Under the pieces are notes generated by a model. That model made no database searches and had not been told where the DNA came from. It saw only the letters and a program-made list of their open reading frames with translations. The translations under genes and the position numbers were made by a program. This document shows, piece by piece, positions 7,071 through 18,641 of a stretch of 64,000 bases of DNA. Position 1 is the first letter of the stretch. Every line of letters begins with the position of its first letter. This DNA is from Mycobacteriales bacterium (GTDB lineage Bacteria; Actinomycetota; Actinomycetes; JAFAQI01): contig DASTWK010000085.1 of the NCBI GenBank assembly GCA_035776655.1, forward strand, positions 1,141 to 65,140, written 5' to 3'.

Positions 7071-7726
7071 CCCGTCGTCTCCAGGCGGTCGCTGCCGCTG
7101 GGCTGCTCGCCGTGCTCGCCGCTTGCGGCGGTGGGTCGTCCCCGTCCGACCATCCCAGCGCGTCGCCGGCGCCGACCTACACCTCTCCGCCGCCGCAGCT
7201 GCCCACCCAGCCGGTGGCGCTGTCGACGAAACCGCCGCCGTGGTTCCCTCCCGCGGTCAGCCAGCCGACGCAGAGCGCGGCTTACGTCGCCGCCGCCGGC
7301 CTTCCGTACGCCGAAGAGATGCTCAAGGTGCACTACCACGCCCACCTCGACATCGACATCAACGGGAAAGCGGTCGCTGTCCCGCCGTACATCGGGTTCG
7401 TCGTCAAGGGCAACCGGGCGATCGGCCTCGCCCCCCTGCACACGCACAAGGATGACGGCATCATCCACATCGAGAACAACGTGCCCGCCGACTTCCTGCT
7501 CGGGCAGTTCTTCATCGAGTGGGGGGTGCGGTTCACCCCGACCTGCCTCGGGCCCTACTGCACCGACAAGACCCACGAGCTCGCCGTCTTCGTGAACGGG
7601 AAGAAGTACGCCGGCGACCCGACCCGACTGGTCCTGAAGTCTCATCAGGAGATCGCCATCGAGTACGGCACCACTGGGCGGCTGCCGACACCTCCGGCGT
7701 CCTACAAGTTCCCCAGCGGCTACTGA
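7067..7726 (+). CDS. Lipoprotein of unknown function (His-rich HYHAHLDIDING motif)
   Basis: Signal peptide plus lipobox LLAVLAAC-GGGSS, a Pro-rich linker, then a conserved-looking C-terminal domain (HYHAHLDIDINGKAV...LHTHKDDGIIHIEN...GPYC). GTG 7067 overlaps the receiver stop (GTGA). Confidence 0.75.
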   Translation: MTRRLQAVAAAGLLAVLAACGGGSSPSDHPSASPAPTYTSPPPQLPTQPVALSTKPPPWFPPAVSQPTQSAAYVAAAGLPYAEEMLKVHYHAHLDIDINGKAVAVPPYIGFVVKGNRAIGLAPLHTHKDDGIIHIENNVPADFLLGQFFIEWGVRFTPTCLGPYCTDKTHELAVFVNGKKYAGDPTRLVLKSHQEIAIEYGTTGRLPTPPASYKFPSGY

Positions 7727-7780
7727 CGCTGGACGAAATCTTCAAGATCATCACAGCGGCGCTGCGCTAACCTCGCTGAG

Positions 7781-9436
7781 GTGACCCCCGCCGATGTCGC
7801 CGGTGCGATCGTCGCGGCGATCCGCGCTGCCGCCGCCGCGGGCGAGCTCACCATCGAGCCGCCGCACACCGTGACCGTCGAGCGGCCGAAGAACAAGGAT
7901 CACGGCGACTACGCCACCAACGCGGCGCTGCAGCTGGCCAAGCCTGCCGGCCGTGCGCCCCGCGAGGTCGCCGACATCATCGCGGCGCGGCTGCGCGACC
8001 AGCCCGGCATCGATTCCGTCGACGTGGCTGGTCCGGGGTTCCTCAACATTCGCCTCTCGCAGGCCGCGCAGGGCGAGCTGGCGCGGACGATCGTCGCGGC
8101 CGGTGCCGACTACGGCCGCACCGACACCCTCGCCAAGGAGCGGGTCAACCTCGAGTTCGTCTCCGCCAATCCGACCGGACCGGTTCACCTCGGCCACACC
8201 CGTTGGGCCGCGCTCGGCGACTCGCTGCGGCGGCTGCTGGAGGCGGCCGGCGCCGACGTCACCAGTGAGCACTACGTCAACGACGCGGGTGTCCAGATGC
8301 AGCGCTTCGGCGAGTCGCTGCTCGCTGCGGCCCGTGGCGAGCCGACTCCCGAGGACGGGTACGCCGGGGCCTACATCGACGATGTCGCCGCCCGCATCTG
8401 CGCGGCCAGCCCGGGCATCGTCGACCTGCCCCGGGACGAGGCCGCTGCCGCATTCCGCGACCAGGGTTACGCGCTCATGCTCGAGGAGATGCGGTCGAGT
8501 CTGCACCGCTTCGGCGTCGTTTTCGACGTCTGGTTCTCCGAGCGGTCGCTGCACGAGTCCGGCGCCATCGAGCACGCGCTCGACGAGCTGCGCCGGCAAG
8601 GGCACGTGTTCGAGGCCGAAGGCGCCACCTGGCTGCGGACCACGGATTTCCATGACGACAAGGACCGGGTGCTGGTCCGCAGCAACGGGGAGCCGACCTA
8701 CTTCGCGGCCGACTCCGCCTACTACATCAACAAGCGCGAGCGCGGCTTCGACCGCTGCGTCTACATGCTCGGCGCGGACCACCACGGTTACGTCGCTCGG
8801 CTCAAGGCGATCGCGGCGTGCGCAGGCGACGATCCGGAACGCAACATCGAGGTCCTGATCGGGCAGCTGGTCAAGCTCGTCCGCGGCGGCGAGGAGGTCA
8901 AGCTCTCCAAGCGCGCCGGCAACATCGTGACGCTCGACGAACTCGTCGACGCCGTGGGCGTCGATGCTGCCCGCTACACGCTGGCGCGCTATCCCGCCGA
9001 CTCGCCGCTGACCCTCGACATCGAGCTCATCACCCGGCAGACCAGCGACAACCCCGTCTTCTACGTGCAATACGCGCACGCCCGCATCGCGTCGCTGCTG
9101 CGCAATGCCGCCGAGCTGGGCGTCGACCGCGGTGCGGACTTCGATCCGGCACTGCTCGCGCACGATCGGGAAGGGGACCTGCTCGGTGCGCTGGGGGAGT
9201 TCCCGCGGGTCGTCGCCACCGCCGCCGAGCTGCGCGAGCCGCACCGGGTCGCGCGCTATCTCGAGAGCCTGGCCGGCACCTATCACCGCTTCTACGACGT
9301 CTGCCGGGTGCTCCCGCAAGGGGACGAGCCGGCGACCGACCTCACCCGCGCCCGGCTGTGGCTGGTCGAGGCGACCCGGGTCGTGCTCGCCAACGGCCTG
9401 CAGCTGCTCGGCGTCTCCGCGCCGGAGCGGATGTGA
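7781..9436 (+). CDS. argS: Arginine--tRNA ligase
   Basis: 551 aa. Class I signature [27 protein letters not shown] (KMSKS-like), and a C-terminal anticodon-binding domain ending ...GVSAPERM. Confidence 0.97.
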   Translation: MTPADVAGAIVAAIRAAAAAGELTIEPPHTVTVERPKNKDHGDYATNAALQLAKPAGRAPREVADIIAARLRDQPGIDSVDVAGPGFLNIRLSQAAQGELARTIVAAGADYGRTDTLAKERVNLEFVSANPTGPVHLGHTRWAALGDSLRRLLEAAGADVTSEHYVNDAGVQMQRFGESLLAAARGEPTPEDGYAGAYIDDVAARICAASPGIVDLPRDEAAAAFRDQGYALMLEEMRSSLHRFGVVFDVWFSERSLHESGAIEHALDELRRQGHVFEAEGATWLRTTDFHDDKDRVLVRSNGEPTYFAADSAYYINKRERGFDRCVYMLGADHHGYVARLKAIAACAGDDPERNIEVLIGQLVKLVRGGEEVKLSKRAGNIVTLDELVDAVGVDAARYTLARYPADSPLTLDIELITRQTSDNPVFYVQYAHARIASLLRNAAELGVDRGADFDPALLAHDREGDLLGALGEFPRVVATAAELREPHRVARYLESLAGTYHRFYDVCRVLPQGDEPATDLTRARLWLVEATRVVLANGLQLLGVSAPERM

Positions 9437-10818
9437 GAGCGCATCCCGCGGGTGCGTTGCACGGCGACGTCGCGCCGCTGACCCACCCGCTGCCGCCACC
9501 GCCGGACGACCTCGGCGAGCTCGACCCGCTGGTCTGGCCGCTGGGCACCGAACGTCGCGGTGGCGCGCTCGTCGTCGGCGGCGTCGACGTTCGCGACCTC
9601 GCGGCCAGGCACGGCACGCCGGCGTACGTCGTCGTCGAGCGCGACTTCCGCGAGCGCTGCCGCGCCCACCGCACCGCTTTCGGTGACGACAGTGACATCT
9701 ACTACGCCGCCAAGGCCTCACTGTCCCGCGCGGTGGCGCGTTGGGTCGCCGAGGAAGGACTGTCGCTCGACGTCTCCACCGGCGGTGAGCTCGAGATCGC
9801 TCTCGCGGCCGGTTTTCCGCCGGAGCGGATCCTCGTGCACGGCAACAACAAGGCACCGGACGAGCTGCGTCGTGCGATCGACGCCGGTGTGGGCCGCATC
9901 GTCGTCGACAGCGACATCGAGATCGCGCGGCTGGCCCACATCGCCGAGGCCGCCGGCGTCCGTCAGCGTGTGCTCGTGCGCGTCACCGTCGGCGTCGAGG
10001 CACACACGCACGAGTTCATCGCCACCGCGCACGAGGACCAGAAGTTCGGCTTCTCTCTCGCCAGCGGTGCCGCCCTCGAAGCCGCCCGCCGGGTCCTTGC
10101 GCTCCCGTCGCTCGAGCTGGCCGGCCTGCACAGCCACATCGGGTCGCAGATCTTCGACACCGCGGGCTTCGACGTCGCCGCGCATCGCGTCGTCGGCCTG
10201 CTGGTCACCATCCGCGACACCCTCGGCGTGACGCTGCCCGAGCTCGACCTGGGTGGTGGTTTCGGCATCGCCTACGTCTCCGCCGACGATCCCGCCGCCC
10301 CGATCGACCTCGCCAAGCAACTGCGCGCGATCGTGCAGCGCGAATGCGCCGCGGCGCAGCTGCCCGTTCCGCGGCTCGCGGTCGAGCCGGGCCGCGCCAT
10401 CGCCGGCCCCGGCGGCATCACCCTCTACGAGGTCGGGACGGTCAAGGACGTCGACGGCATCCGCACCTATGTCAGCGTCGACGGCGGCATGAGCGACAAC
10501 GTCCGCACCGCGCTCTATGACGCGAGCTACACCGTCACCCTCGCCTCCCGCGCGAGCGACGCGGCGCCGATGCTCGCCCGCGTCGTCGGCAAGCACTGCG
10601 AGGCCGGCGACATCGTGGTGCGCGACGCGTGGCTGCCGGGCGACCTCGCGCCGGGTGACCTGCTCGCGGTCGCCGCCACCGGCGCCTACTGCCGTTCCAT
10701 GGCCAGCAACTACAACGCGGTCCCTCGCCCGCCGGTCATCGCGGTCGGCGACGGCGCCAGCCGGGTGCTGCTCCGCCGCGAGACCATCGATGACCTGCTC
10801 GCACTGGATGAAGGATGA
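9433..10818 (+). CDS. lysA: Diaminopimelate decarboxylase
   Basis: [13 protein letters not shown] (PLP Lys), [28 protein letters not shown]-like CEAGD. The GTG 9433 start overlaps the argS stop (GTGA). The track ORF start at 8818 lies inside argS. Confidence 0.95.
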   Translation: MRAHPAGALHGDVAPLTHPLPPPPDDLGELDPLVWPLGTERRGGALVVGGVDVRDLAARHGTPAYVVVERDFRERCRAHRTAFGDDSDIYYAAKASLSRAVARWVAEEGLSLDVSTGGELEIALAAGFPPERILVHGNNKAPDELRRAIDAGVGRIVVDSDIEIARLAHIAEAAGVRQRVLVRVTVGVEAHTHEFIATAHEDQKFGFSLASGAALEAARRVLALPSLELAGLHSHIGSQIFDTAGFDVAAHRVVGLLVTIRDTLGVTLPELDLGGGFGIAYVSADDPAAPIDLAKQLRAIVQRECAAAQLPVPRLAVEPGRAIAGPGGITLYEVGTVKDVDGIRTYVSVDGGMSDNVRTALYDASYTVTLASRASDAAPMLARVVGKHCEAGDIVVRDAWLPGDLAPGDLLAVAATGAYCRSMASNYNAVPRPPVIAVGDGASRVLLRRETIDDLLALDEG

Positions 10819-12116
10819 GCGGCATCAAGGTCGCGCTGCTCGGCTGCGGGGTCGTCGGCAGTGATGTCGTCCGGCTGCTGCACGCGCACCGCGACGACCT
10901 CGCGCACCGGGTCGGGGCGCCCATCGAGCTCGCCGGGATCGCCGTACGGCGACCACAGCGCGATCGCGACCTGCCCGTCGATCCGTCGTTGTTCACGGCC
11001 GACGCCGAGGCGCTCGCTGCCCGGCCGGACGTCGACGTCGTGATCGAGGTGATCGGCGGCATCGAGCCGGCCCGCTCGCTCCTGCTCACCGCCCTCGAAC
11101 GCGGCGCCAGCGTCGTCACCGCCAACAAGGCGCTGCTCGCGCAGGACGGCGCGACGTTGTACGACGCCGCTCGCCGCGGTGGTGCCGATCTCTACTGCGA
11201 GGCCAGCGTCGGCGGAGCGATCCCGCTGTTGCGCCCGCTGCGCGAATCACTGGCCGGCGACCGCGTCACCCGCGTCCTCGGCATCGTCAACGGCACCACC
11301 AACTACATCCTGTCGCGGATGGACGAGAGCGGTGCCGGGTTCGAGGAGGCGTTGGAGGAGGCGCAGGCGCTCGGTTATGCCGAGGCAGACCCGTCCGCCG
11401 ACGTCGACGGGTTCGACGCCGCCGCCAAAGCCGCGATCCTCGCCGGTCTCGCCTTCCACACTCGGGTCACCGCCGCCGACGTCCATCGCGAGGGCATCAG
11501 TGACGTCACCGCGAGCGACGTCACCAGCGCCCGCGAGATGGGCAGCGTCGTCAAGTTGCTGGCGATCGCCGAGCGCGCGCCGGACCGCGCCGGCCGCGAC
11601 TCGGTCGGCGTGCGTGTGCACCCGGCGATGATTCCGCGGACCCACCCGCTCGCCAGCGTCGGAGACGCGTTCAACGCCGTCTTCGTCGAGGCGGACGCGG
11701 CCGGGCAGCTGATGTTCTACGGCCGCGGCGCCGGTGGCGCGCCGACCGCCAGTGCGGTCCTCGGTGACCTCGTCGCCGTCGCGCGCAACCGGCTCACGGG
11801 TGCGCGCGGCATGGGGGAGTCGTCCTACGCGGCGCTGCGGGTTCGCCCGATGGGGGAGACCCTGACCCGCTATCACGTCAGCCTCGACGTTGCCGACAAG
11901 GCCGGTGTGCTCGCCGCCGTGGCCAACGCGTTCGCCGCACACGACGTCTCGATCCAGACGGTGCGGCAGGAGGGTCACGGTGACGACGCGACGCTGGTGC
12001 TCGTCACCCACACCGCGTCCGACGCGGCACTGTCGGCGACGATCGAGGAGCTGCGCCGGCTGGACGCCGTCCGCGCGGTGGCGAGCGTGATGCGGGTGGA
12101 AGGTGGCATCGGATGA
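10815..12116 (+). CDS. hom: Homoserine dehydrogenase
   Basis: [19 protein letters not shown] Rossmann start, [21 protein letters not shown], and a C-terminal ACT domain. ATGA overlap with lysA. Confidence 0.95.
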   Translation: MSGIKVALLGCGVVGSDVVRLLHAHRDDLAHRVGAPIELAGIAVRRPQRDRDLPVDPSLFTADAEALAARPDVDVVIEVIGGIEPARSLLLTALERGASVVTANKALLAQDGATLYDAARRGGADLYCEASVGGAIPLLRPLRESLAGDRVTRVLGIVNGTTNYILSRMDESGAGFEEALEEAQALGYAEADPSADVDGFDAAAKAAILAGLAFHTRVTAADVHREGISDVTASDVTSAREMGSVVKLLAIAERAPDRAGRDSVGVRVHPAMIPRTHPLASVGDAFNAVFVEADAAGQLMFYGRGAGGAPTASAVLGDLVAVARNRLTGARGMGESSYAALRVRPMGETLTRYHVSLDVADKAGVLAAVANAFAAHDVSIQTVRQEGHGDDATLVLVTHTASDAALSATIEELRRLDAVRAVASVMRVEGGIG

Positions 12117-13204
12117 CCAGCGTCGTGACGACGGGAGCCGTGCGGGCGCGCGGCTGGCGCGGCGTCATCGAGGAGTATCGCGACCGGCTGCCGGTCACCG
12201 CCGCGACGCCGGTGGTCACGCTGCTCGAAGGCGGCACTCCGCTGGTGGCCGCACCACGACTGTCCGCGCTCACCGGTTGTGAGGTCCACCTCAAGGTCGA
12301 GGGAGCCAATCCCACGGGGTCGTTCAAGGACCGCGGCATGACCGTCGCCATCTCTAAGGCGGCCGAAGAGGGTTCGCAAGCGGTCATCTGCGCCTCGACC
12401 GGCAACACCTCCGCAAGCGCCGCCGCCTACGCCGTACGTGCCGGCATGGTCTGCGCCGTGCTCGTTCCGACGGGAAAGATCGCGCTGGGCAAGATGGCGC
12501 AGGCGCTCGTGCACGGGGCCCGACTGCTGCAGGTGGACGGCAACTTCGACGACTGCCTCACCCTCGCCCGCGGCCTCGCCGACGACTACCCCGTGTCGCT
12601 GGTCAACTCGGTGAACGCGTTCCGCATCGAGGGCCAGAAGACCGCCGCCTTCGAGATCTGCGACGCCCTCGGCGACGCCCCGGACGTGCACTGCCTGCCG
12701 GTCGGCAACGCCGGCAACATCACGGCCTACTGGAAGGGCTACGTCGAGTACGCCGCGGACGGCACGATCTCCAAGCGCCCGGTCATGCGCGGTTTCCAGG
12801 CGGCGGGTGCCGCTCCCATCGTCAGCGGCGCGCCCGTGCTCAAGCCGTCCACGATCGCCACCGCGATCCGCATCGGCAACCCCGCGTCCTGGACCCAGGC
12901 TCTCGCCGCCCGCGACGAGTCCGGCGGCGCGATCGAGTCGGTGACCGACAAGCAGATCCTCGAGGCCTACCGCTTCCTCGCGCGCGAGGAAGGCGTCTTC
13001 GTCGAACCGGCGAGCGCCGCGTCCGTCGCCGGCCTGCTGCAGGCCCAGCGCGCCGGCACCTTGCCGAGTCGTTCGCGCGTCGTGTGCACGGTCACCGGCA
13101 ACGGGCTCAAGGACCCCGAGTGGGCCATCTCCGGTGCGCCGGCACCGACGACGGTCGCCGCCGACGTGTCCGCCGCCGCCGCGGCACTCGGCCTGCACGC
13201 CTAG
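12113..13204 (+). CDS. thrC: Threonine synthase
   Basis: [26 protein letters not shown] (PLP Lys), [18 protein letters not shown] overlap with hom. Confidence 0.95.
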   Translation: MTSVVTTGAVRARGWRGVIEEYRDRLPVTAATPVVTLLEGGTPLVAAPRLSALTGCEVHLKVEGANPTGSFKDRGMTVAISKAAEEGSQAVICASTGNTSASAAAYAVRAGMVCAVLVPTGKIALGKMAQALVHGARLLQVDGNFDDCLTLARGLADDYPVSLVNSVNAFRIEGQKTAAFEICDALGDAPDVHCLPVGNAGNITAYWKGYVEYAADGTISKRPVMRGFQAAGAAPIVSGAPVLKPSTIATAIRIGNPASWTQALAARDESGGAIESVTDKQILEAYRFLAREEGVFVEPASAASVAGLLQAQRAGTLPSRSRVVCTVTGNGLKDPEWAISGAPAPTTVAADVSAAAAALGLHA

Positions 13205-13219
13205 GGCCGCACGACGACG

Positions 13220-14134
13220 ATGGTGACGGCCAAACCGACGTTCCGGGCCGCCCCGGCGCGCATCCGGGTGCCCGCAACCAGCGCCAACCTCGGCCCGGGC
13301 TTCGACGCGCTCGGCCTCGCGCTGTCGCTGTACGACGACGTGGTGGTGCGGGTCACGGAGTCCGGGTTGACCGTCGACGTCGCCGGCATGGGGGCGGCCA
13401 CCGTCGCCCGCAATGCGCGCAACCTCGTCGTCCGTGCGATGCGGGCCACCTTCGACCGGCTCGGCGGGCAACCGCGCGGCCTCGAGGTCGTCTGCGCCAA
13501 CCGCATCCCGCATGGCCGCGGCCTCGGGTCGTCGGCGGCCGCCATCGTCGGCGGTGTCGTCGCCGCCCGCGCGCTCGTCGTGGGCGGTGCCGAGCGGATG
13601 AGTGACGACGAGGTCCTGCAGCTCGCCACCGACCTCGAAGGCCACCCGGACAATGTGGCCGCCTGCCTACGCGGCGGTCTGACGTTGTCGTGGACCGACG
13701 ACGTGGCGCGCGCGGTCGATCTGCCGGTGTCGGCGGAGCTGGCGCCGGTGGTGTTCGTGCCGGGCACCAGCTCCTCGACCAAGGCGACGCGCAGGCTGCT
13801 GCCGGCGACCGTCCCGCACCGCGACGCCGCGCACTCCGCGGCGCGCAGTGCCTTACTGGTGACCGCGTTGCGCGAGCGGCTCGACCTGTTGCTGCCGGCC
13901 ACCGAGGATCGGCTGCACCAGCCCTACCGCGCGCCGGCGATGCCCCGGTCGGCGGCGCTGGTGGGGGAGCTGCGGGATGCGGGCGTCCCGGCGGTGGTGT
14001 CGGGGGCTGGCCCAACCGTCCTCGCGTTCACCACCGGACAGTCGCGGGCGCAGGCTCTGCAGTTCGAGCGGCGCGGCTGGTCGGCGATGCCGCTCGAGGT
14101 CGACCGGGAGGGCGCGACGCTCCTGCCGTTGTGA
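13220..14134 (+). CDS. thrB: Homoserine kinase
   Basis: VPATSANLGPGFD, and the GHMP kinase motif IPHGRGLGSSAAAIV. Confidence 0.93.
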   Translation: MVTAKPTFRAAPARIRVPATSANLGPGFDALGLALSLYDDVVVRVTESGLTVDVAGMGAATVARNARNLVVRAMRATFDRLGGQPRGLEVVCANRIPHGRGLGSSAAAIVGGVVAARALVVGGAERMSDDEVLQLATDLEGHPDNVAACLRGGLTLSWTDDVARAVDLPVSAELAPVVFVPGTSSSTKATRRLLPATVPHRDAAHSAARSALLVTALRERLDLLLPATEDRLHQPYRAPAMPRSAALVGELRDAGVPAVVSGAGPTVLAFTTGQSRAQALQFERRGWSAMPLEVDREGATLLPL

Positions 14135-14395
14135 CCCCCGCCGTCGGTGGTCCGACTCCGACGCGCCGGGAATGTCGGATTGCCCGATGTTGTTGCCCAC
14201 TGTGACGACCTTGACTACGCTGTCGTCAGCGACACCAGCCCGCTCCTCTGGGCGAGTCGCAAATCCCGGAACTCCCCAGGCCGTGTGCGCGAGTTCTCTC
14301 CTGCGTGAGTCGCAGCCCGCCTGGGCCCCGGTCCCACAGACGTCCTGCCGTGATGGTGGGCCGGTCGGCAGAGGCCGACCAAGGGAAGGAACCCT

Positions 14396-16255
14396 GTGAC
14401 CGAAAGCACCGACCTCTCCGAGGGCGCTGCCACCACTGTCGCCGGCAACGGCGCGGCCAACGGTGGCAGCAGCAACGGCGGGACCACACGCCGCCGCGCC
14501 GGCGGCGGCCTGTCCGGCAAGCTGCTCCCGGAGCTCCAGCAGATCGCCAGCAGCCTCGGCATCACCGGCACCGCCAGGATGCGCAAGGGCGAGCTGATCG
14601 CCGCGATCCAGACCGCCCAGGGCGCAGCGCCCGGCGGATCCGCCGGCAACGGCAGCGGCAACGGCAGCGGAGCTGCCCGCACCAGCGAGGCGACCATGCC
14701 GCGCCAGCACCGCACCGCGGCCCCGGACAGCAGCCCTGGCACCCCCGGCAGCCCCGGCACCGCAGGCGACGAGCCGCCCGCTCGCCACCAGCAGTCCCGC
14801 CAGGACCATCGGGACGATCGGGGCCACCAGGACGAGCCCGCCGGCGAGAGCGCGCGCTCCGACGGCAGCCGTCACCCCGACCGCCAGCAGCACCCGCGCG
14901 GGCAGACCCACCAAGGCCAGAGCCAGCAGAGCCAGGGTGGCCAGGAGCAGAACGGCGCCGCCGGCCAGGGGCAGGGTCAGGGCCAGAACCGCGACGACGA
15001 CTTCGATCGGAGCGGACGTCGCGGCCGTGGTCGCTACCGCGAGCGCAACCGGGGCCGCAACCGTGACCGGTTCGGCGGCGGCGACGGCGAGCCTGTGATC
15101 GCCGACGACGATGTCCTCATCCCGGTTGCCGGCATCATCGACATCCTCGACAACTACGCGTTCGTGCGCACTGGCGGCTACCTGCCGAGCCCCAACGACG
15201 TCTACGTGTCCCTGGCCCAGGTGCGCCGCTACGGGCTGCGCAAGGGCGACGCCGTCACCGGCGCGGTCCGCCAGCCGCGCGAGGGGGAGCGGCGGGAGAA
15301 GTTCAACGCGCTCGTCCGGCTCGACACCATCAACGGCTCCGACCCCGAGCGGATGCGCAGCCGGCCCGACTTCGGCAAGCTCACTCCGCTCTACCCGCAG
15401 GAGCGGCTGCGGCTGGAGACCGAGCCCCAGATCCTCGAGACCCGGGTCATCGACCTGGTCGCACCGATCGGCAAGGGCCAGCGCGGCCTGATCGTCTCGC
15501 CGCCCAAGGCCGGCAAGACGATCATCCTGCAGCGCATCGCCAACGCGATCACGCGCAACAACCCCGAGGTGCACCTCATGGTCGTGCTCGTCGACGAGCG
15601 GCCCGAAGAGGTCACCGACATGCAGCGTTCGGTCAAGGGCGAAGTCATCGCCTCCACGTTCGACCGCCCCGCCGACGACCACACGACCGTGGCGGAGCTG
15701 TCGATCGAGCGGGCCAAGCGTCTGGTCGAGCTCGGCCACGACGTCGTCGTACTCCTCGACTCCATCACCCGGCTGGGCCGCGCCTACAACCTCGCGGCAC
15801 CGGCGAGCGGCCGGATCCTGTCCGGCGGCGTCGACTCCACCGCGCTCTACCCGCCGAAGCGGTTCTTCGGCGCCGCCCGCAACATCGAGGACGGCGGCTC
15901 GCTGACGATCCTCGCGACCGCACTCGTCGAGACCGGGTCGCGGATGGACGAGGTGATCTTCGAGGAGTTCAAGGGCACCGGCAACATGGAGCTCAAACTC
16001 GACCGCAAGCTCGCGGACAAGCGGATCTTCCCGGCCGTCGACGTCGACGCCTCGGGCACCCGCAAGGAAGAGATCCTCATGGCGCCCGACGAGCTGCAGA
16101 TCGTCTGGAAGCTCCGCCGGGTGCTGCACGCGCTCGAGCAGCAGCAGGCCATCGAGCTGTTGCTGGACAAGCTCAAGCACACCAAGACCAACCTCGAGTT
16201 CCTGCTGCAGGTGCAGAAGACCACGCACATCGGCGGGGTCGGCGGCGAGGAGTGA
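14396..16255 (+). CDS. rho: Transcription termination factor Rho, with a long disordered N-terminal insertion
   Basis: Rho_N ([29 protein letters not shown]), cold-shock-like RNA-binding domain ([17 protein letters not shown]), Walker [32 protein letters not shown] lies upstream of GTG 14396. Confidence 0.95.
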   Translation: MTESTDLSEGAATTVAGNGAANGGSSNGGTTRRRAGGGLSGKLLPELQQIASSLGITGTARMRKGELIAAIQTAQGAAPGGSAGNGSGNGSGAARTSEATMPRQHRTAAPDSSPGTPGSPGTAGDEPPARHQQSRQDHRDDRGHQDEPAGESARSDGSRHPDRQQHPRGQTHQGQSQQSQGGQEQNGAAGQGQGQGQNRDDDFDRSGRRGRGRYRERNRGRNRDRFGGGDGEPVIADDDVLIPVAGIIDILDNYAFVRTGGYLPSPNDVYVSLAQVRRYGLRKGDAVTGAVRQPREGERREKFNALVRLDTINGSDPERMRSRPDFGKLTPLYPQERLRLETEPQILETRVIDLVAPIGKGQRGLIVSPPKAGKTIILQRIANAITRNNPEVHLMVVLVDERPEEVTDMQRSVKGEVIASTFDRPADDHTTVAELSIERAKRLVELGHDVVVLLDSITRLGRAYNLAAPASGRILSGGVDSTALYPPKRFFGAARNIEDGGSLTILATALVETGSRMDEVIFEEFKGTGNMELKLDRKLADKRIFPAVDVDASGTRKEEILMAPDELQIVWKLRRVLHALEQQQAIELLLDKLKHTKTNLEFLLQVQKTTHIGGVGGEE

Positions 16256-16396
16256 GCAGCCGGCGGCGCGTCTCGGCGCCCGCCGGAATCCGCCGGGGCC
16301 TCGGCGCGTTGAGGCTCTGGCACACTGGAACGACAGGTTCCGGTTCACCCGCGAGGCCCTCGCGGGACCCGGCGACCGCAGCGGACAGGAGCAGCA

Positions 16397-16606
16397 GTGA
16401 AGCCTGACATTCACCCCGACTACGTCGAGACGACCGTCACCTGCACGTGCGGCAACACGTTCACCACGCGCAGCACGGCCAAGAACGGCACGATCCACGC
16501 CGACGTGTGCTCGGCCTGCCACCCCTTCTACACGGGCAAGCAGAAGATCCTCGACACCGGCGGGCGCGTCGCGCGGTTCGAACAGCGCTACGCCAAGAAG
16601 AAGTAG
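16397..16606 (+). CDS. rpmE: 50S ribosomal protein L31 (Zn-ribbon type)
   Basis: MKPDIHPDY...CTCG...[13 protein letters not shown], 69 aa with four Cys retained. GGAGCAGCA precedes GTG 16397. Confidence 0.95.
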   Translation: MKPDIHPDYVETTVTCTCGNTFTTRSTAKNGTIHADVCSACHPFYTGKQKILDTGGRVARFEQRYAKKK

Positions 16607-16614
16607 CTCGGCCG

Positions 16615-16648
16615 CGGCGCCGGCTCGCCCTCACGGCGGCCGGCGCCG
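16615..16648 (+). terminator. GC-rich hairpin downstream of rpmE (terminator/attenuator candidate)
   Basis: CGGCGCCGGC (16615-16624) pairs with GCCGGCGCCG (16639-16648). An inner CGCC/GGCG extension leaves a 5-nt loop, followed by TT. There is no long U-tract, as is usual in actinobacteria. Confidence 0.4.
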
Positions 16649-16696
16649 TTCGCATGTCCGGCGGCGGGGCCGAGCAACAGGAGAGACGAGGCAGCG

Positions 16697-17770
16697 GTGT
16701 TCGATCAGCTCGAGGAGCTCGTGGCGGAGCACGCCGAGCTCGAGCGCAAGCTGGCCGACCCCTCCATCCACGCCGACCAGGGCAAGGCCCGGTCACTGGG
16801 CAAGCGCTACGCCGAGCTCGGGCCCGTCGTCGCGGCCTACCAGCAGTGGGTGCGGCTGGGCGACGATCTCGGGGCGGCGAAGGAGCTCGCCGCCGACGAC
16901 CCGTCGTTCGCCGCCGAGATCCCCGACCTCGAGCAGCGCCGCGACCAGCTCGCGGAGGACCTGCGGCTGCTGCTGTTGCCCAAGGACCCCAACGACGACA
17001 AGGACGTGATCGTCGAGGTCAAAGCCGGCGAGGGTGGCGAGGAGTCGGCGCTGTTCGCCGGCGACCTGCTGCGCATGTATCTGCGCTACGCCGAGCGCCA
17101 GGGTTGGAAGACCGAGGTGCTCGACTCCACCGAGTCCGATCTCGGCGGCTACAAGGACGTCACCGTCGCCGTGCGCGGCCGGCCCAGCCTGGGCGAGGCG
17201 GCCGCGATGCCGTGGAGCCGGTTGAAGTACGAAGGTGGCGTACACCGCGTGCAACGGGTCCCGGTGACCGAGTCGCAAGGACGCATCCACACCAGCGCGG
17301 CCGGTGTCCTGGTCTTCCCCGAGGCCGAGGAGGTCGAGGTCGAGATCGACCCCAACGACCTGCGCATCGACGTCTATCGGTCCAGCGGCCCGGGCGGGCA
17401 GAGCGTCAACACCACCGACTCCGCGGTGCGGATCACCCACGTCCCCACCGGCATCGTCGTGTCCTGCCAGAACGAGAAGAGCCAGCTGCAGAACAAGGAG
17501 AGCGCGATGCGCATCCTGCGGGCGCGGCTGCTCGCCGCGGCGCAGGAGGCGGCCGAGGCGGAGGCGTCCGCCGCCCGCAAGTCACAGGTGCGCACCGTCG
17601 ACCGCAGCGAGCGCATCCGCACCTACAACTTCCCGGAGAACCGGATCAGCGACCACCGGGTCAACTTCAAGGCCTACAACCTCGACCAGGTGCTCGACGG
17701 CGACCTCGACGCCGTCATCCAGGCGCTGGTCGACGCCGACGTCGCCGCCCAGCTCTCCGGCGATGAGTGA
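16697..17770 (+). CDS. prfA: Peptide chain release factor 1
   Basis: PKDPNDDK, the PVT tripeptide (RVPVTES), and the GGQ motif ([20 protein letters not shown]). Confidence 0.96.
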   Translation: MFDQLEELVAEHAELERKLADPSIHADQGKARSLGKRYAELGPVVAAYQQWVRLGDDLGAAKELAADDPSFAAEIPDLEQRRDQLAEDLRLLLLPKDPNDDKDVIVEVKAGEGGEESALFAGDLLRMYLRYAERQGWKTEVLDSTESDLGGYKDVTVAVRGRPSLGEAAAMPWSRLKYEGGVHRVQRVPVTESQGRIHTSAAGVLVFPEAEEVEVEIDPNDLRIDVYRSSGPGGQSVNTTDSAVRITHVPTGIVVSCQNEKSQLQNKESAMRILRARLLAAAQEAAEAEASAARKSQVRTVDRSERIRTYNFPENRISDHRVNFKAYNLDQVLDGDLDAVIQALVDADVAAQLSGDE

Positions 17771-18641
17771 CGCCGCCGAACCAGCCCGCGCAGCCGCCCT
17801 GCTCCGCGCCGCCACCGCCACCCTCACCGCCGCCGGCGTGCCGACGCCTCGCACCGACGCCGAGCAGCTGCTCGCCGCCGCCTGCGCCGTACGACGCGGG
17901 GCCGTGGCCGGGCTGGGCGACATCGACGCCGCCGCGGCCGACCGCTTCCGCGACCTCGTCCGGCGCCGCGCCGAGCGGGTGCCGTTGCAGCACCTGACCG
18001 GCCGGGCCGGGTTCCGCCACCTCGAGCTGGCCGTCGGGGCCGGCGTGTTCGTCCCGCGCCCGGAGACCGAGGTCGTCGCCGGCGCCGCCATCGACGCCGC
18101 GCGGGCGGTCGCGGGTGGCAGCCCCGTCGTCGTCGACCTGTGCAGTGGCTCCGGTGCGATCGCGCTGGCCGTGGCCCAGGAACTGCCGGTCGCGCGGGTG
18201 CACGCGGTCGAGCTCGACGCGGACGCTCTGCGCTGGCTGACCCGCAACGCCGCCGCCCGCGCCGCCGCGGGCGACCCGGCGATCACGGTCCACGCGGGTG
18301 ACGCCCGCACCGCGCTGCCCGAGCTCGACGGGACCGTCGACGTGGTCGTGAGCAACCCGCCGTACGTCCCGCTCGAAGAGCTCGACCTCGTCGAGCCCGA
18401 GGTCCGCGACCACGACCCGCGGCCCGCGCTGATCGCCGGCCACGACGGCCTCGACCTCATCCGCCACCTCGCCCTCACCGCGTGGCGGCTGCTGCGCCCC
18501 GGTGGGTGGTTCGTCGTCGAGCACTCCGACCGGCAGGGCGAGTCGGTGCCCGGGCTGCTGCGCACGGCAGGATTCACCGACGTCAGCGACCATCGCGACC
18601 TGACCGACCGGCCGCGCTACACCCGAGGGCGACGCTCATGA
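17763..18641 (+). CDS. prmC: Release-factor glutamine N5-methyltransferase (HemK/PrmC)
   Basis: [11 protein letters not shown] motif [13 protein letters not shown], and catalytic [11 protein letters not shown] 17763 overlaps the end of prfA. The track ORF start at 17304 is inside prfA. Confidence 0.9.
   Translation: MSDAAEPARAAALLRAATATLTAAGVPTPRTDAEQLLAAACAVRRGAVAGLGDIDAAAADRFRDLVRRRAERVPLQHLTGRAGFRHLELAVGAGVFVPRPETEVVAGAAIDAARAVAGGSPVVVDLCSGSGAIALAVAQELPVARVHAVELDADALRWLTRNAAARAAAGDPAITVHAGDARTALPELDGTVDVVVSNPPYVPLEELDLVEPEVRDHDPRPALIAGHDGLDLIRHLALTAWRLLRPGGWFVVEHSDRQGESVPGLLRTAGFTDVSDHRDLTDRPRYTRGRRS

Noticed and set aside
8818-9432. N-terminal extensions of track ORFs into the preceding gene. 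Examples are lysA from 8818, prmC from 17304, Sua5 from 18482, atpB from 22016, atpE from 22540, thiolase from 50536, mutase from 52753, pep2 to 59502 and glgE to 63055.
   Set aside because: Each extension overlaps the upstream conserved gene out of frame. A start codon overlapping or just after the upstream stop reproduces the conserved N-terminus.
7751-9856. 701-aa minus-strand ORF over argS and lysA.
   Set aside because: Antisense to two conserved genes, with an Arg/Pro/Ala-rich N-terminus and no family signal.
14173-14399. Upstream ORF in the rho leader (MSDCPMLLPTV..., the tail of track ORF 13977-14399) whose TGA overlaps the rho GTG start. I considered it as a regulatory uORF.
   Set aside because: By my count GC3 in this frame is only about 68%, versus roughly 85-90% in flanking genes. 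A stop-free 87-codon frame has about a 20% chance at this GC. No RBS is evident. It remains only a remote possibility.
13853-16522. 889-aa ORF on the minus strand covering the whole rho gene.
   Set aside because: It is antisense to an unmistakable rho. The composition is Arg/Ala/Gly/Pro-rich with no recognisable motifs. Long stop-free antisense frames are expected at about 70% GC.
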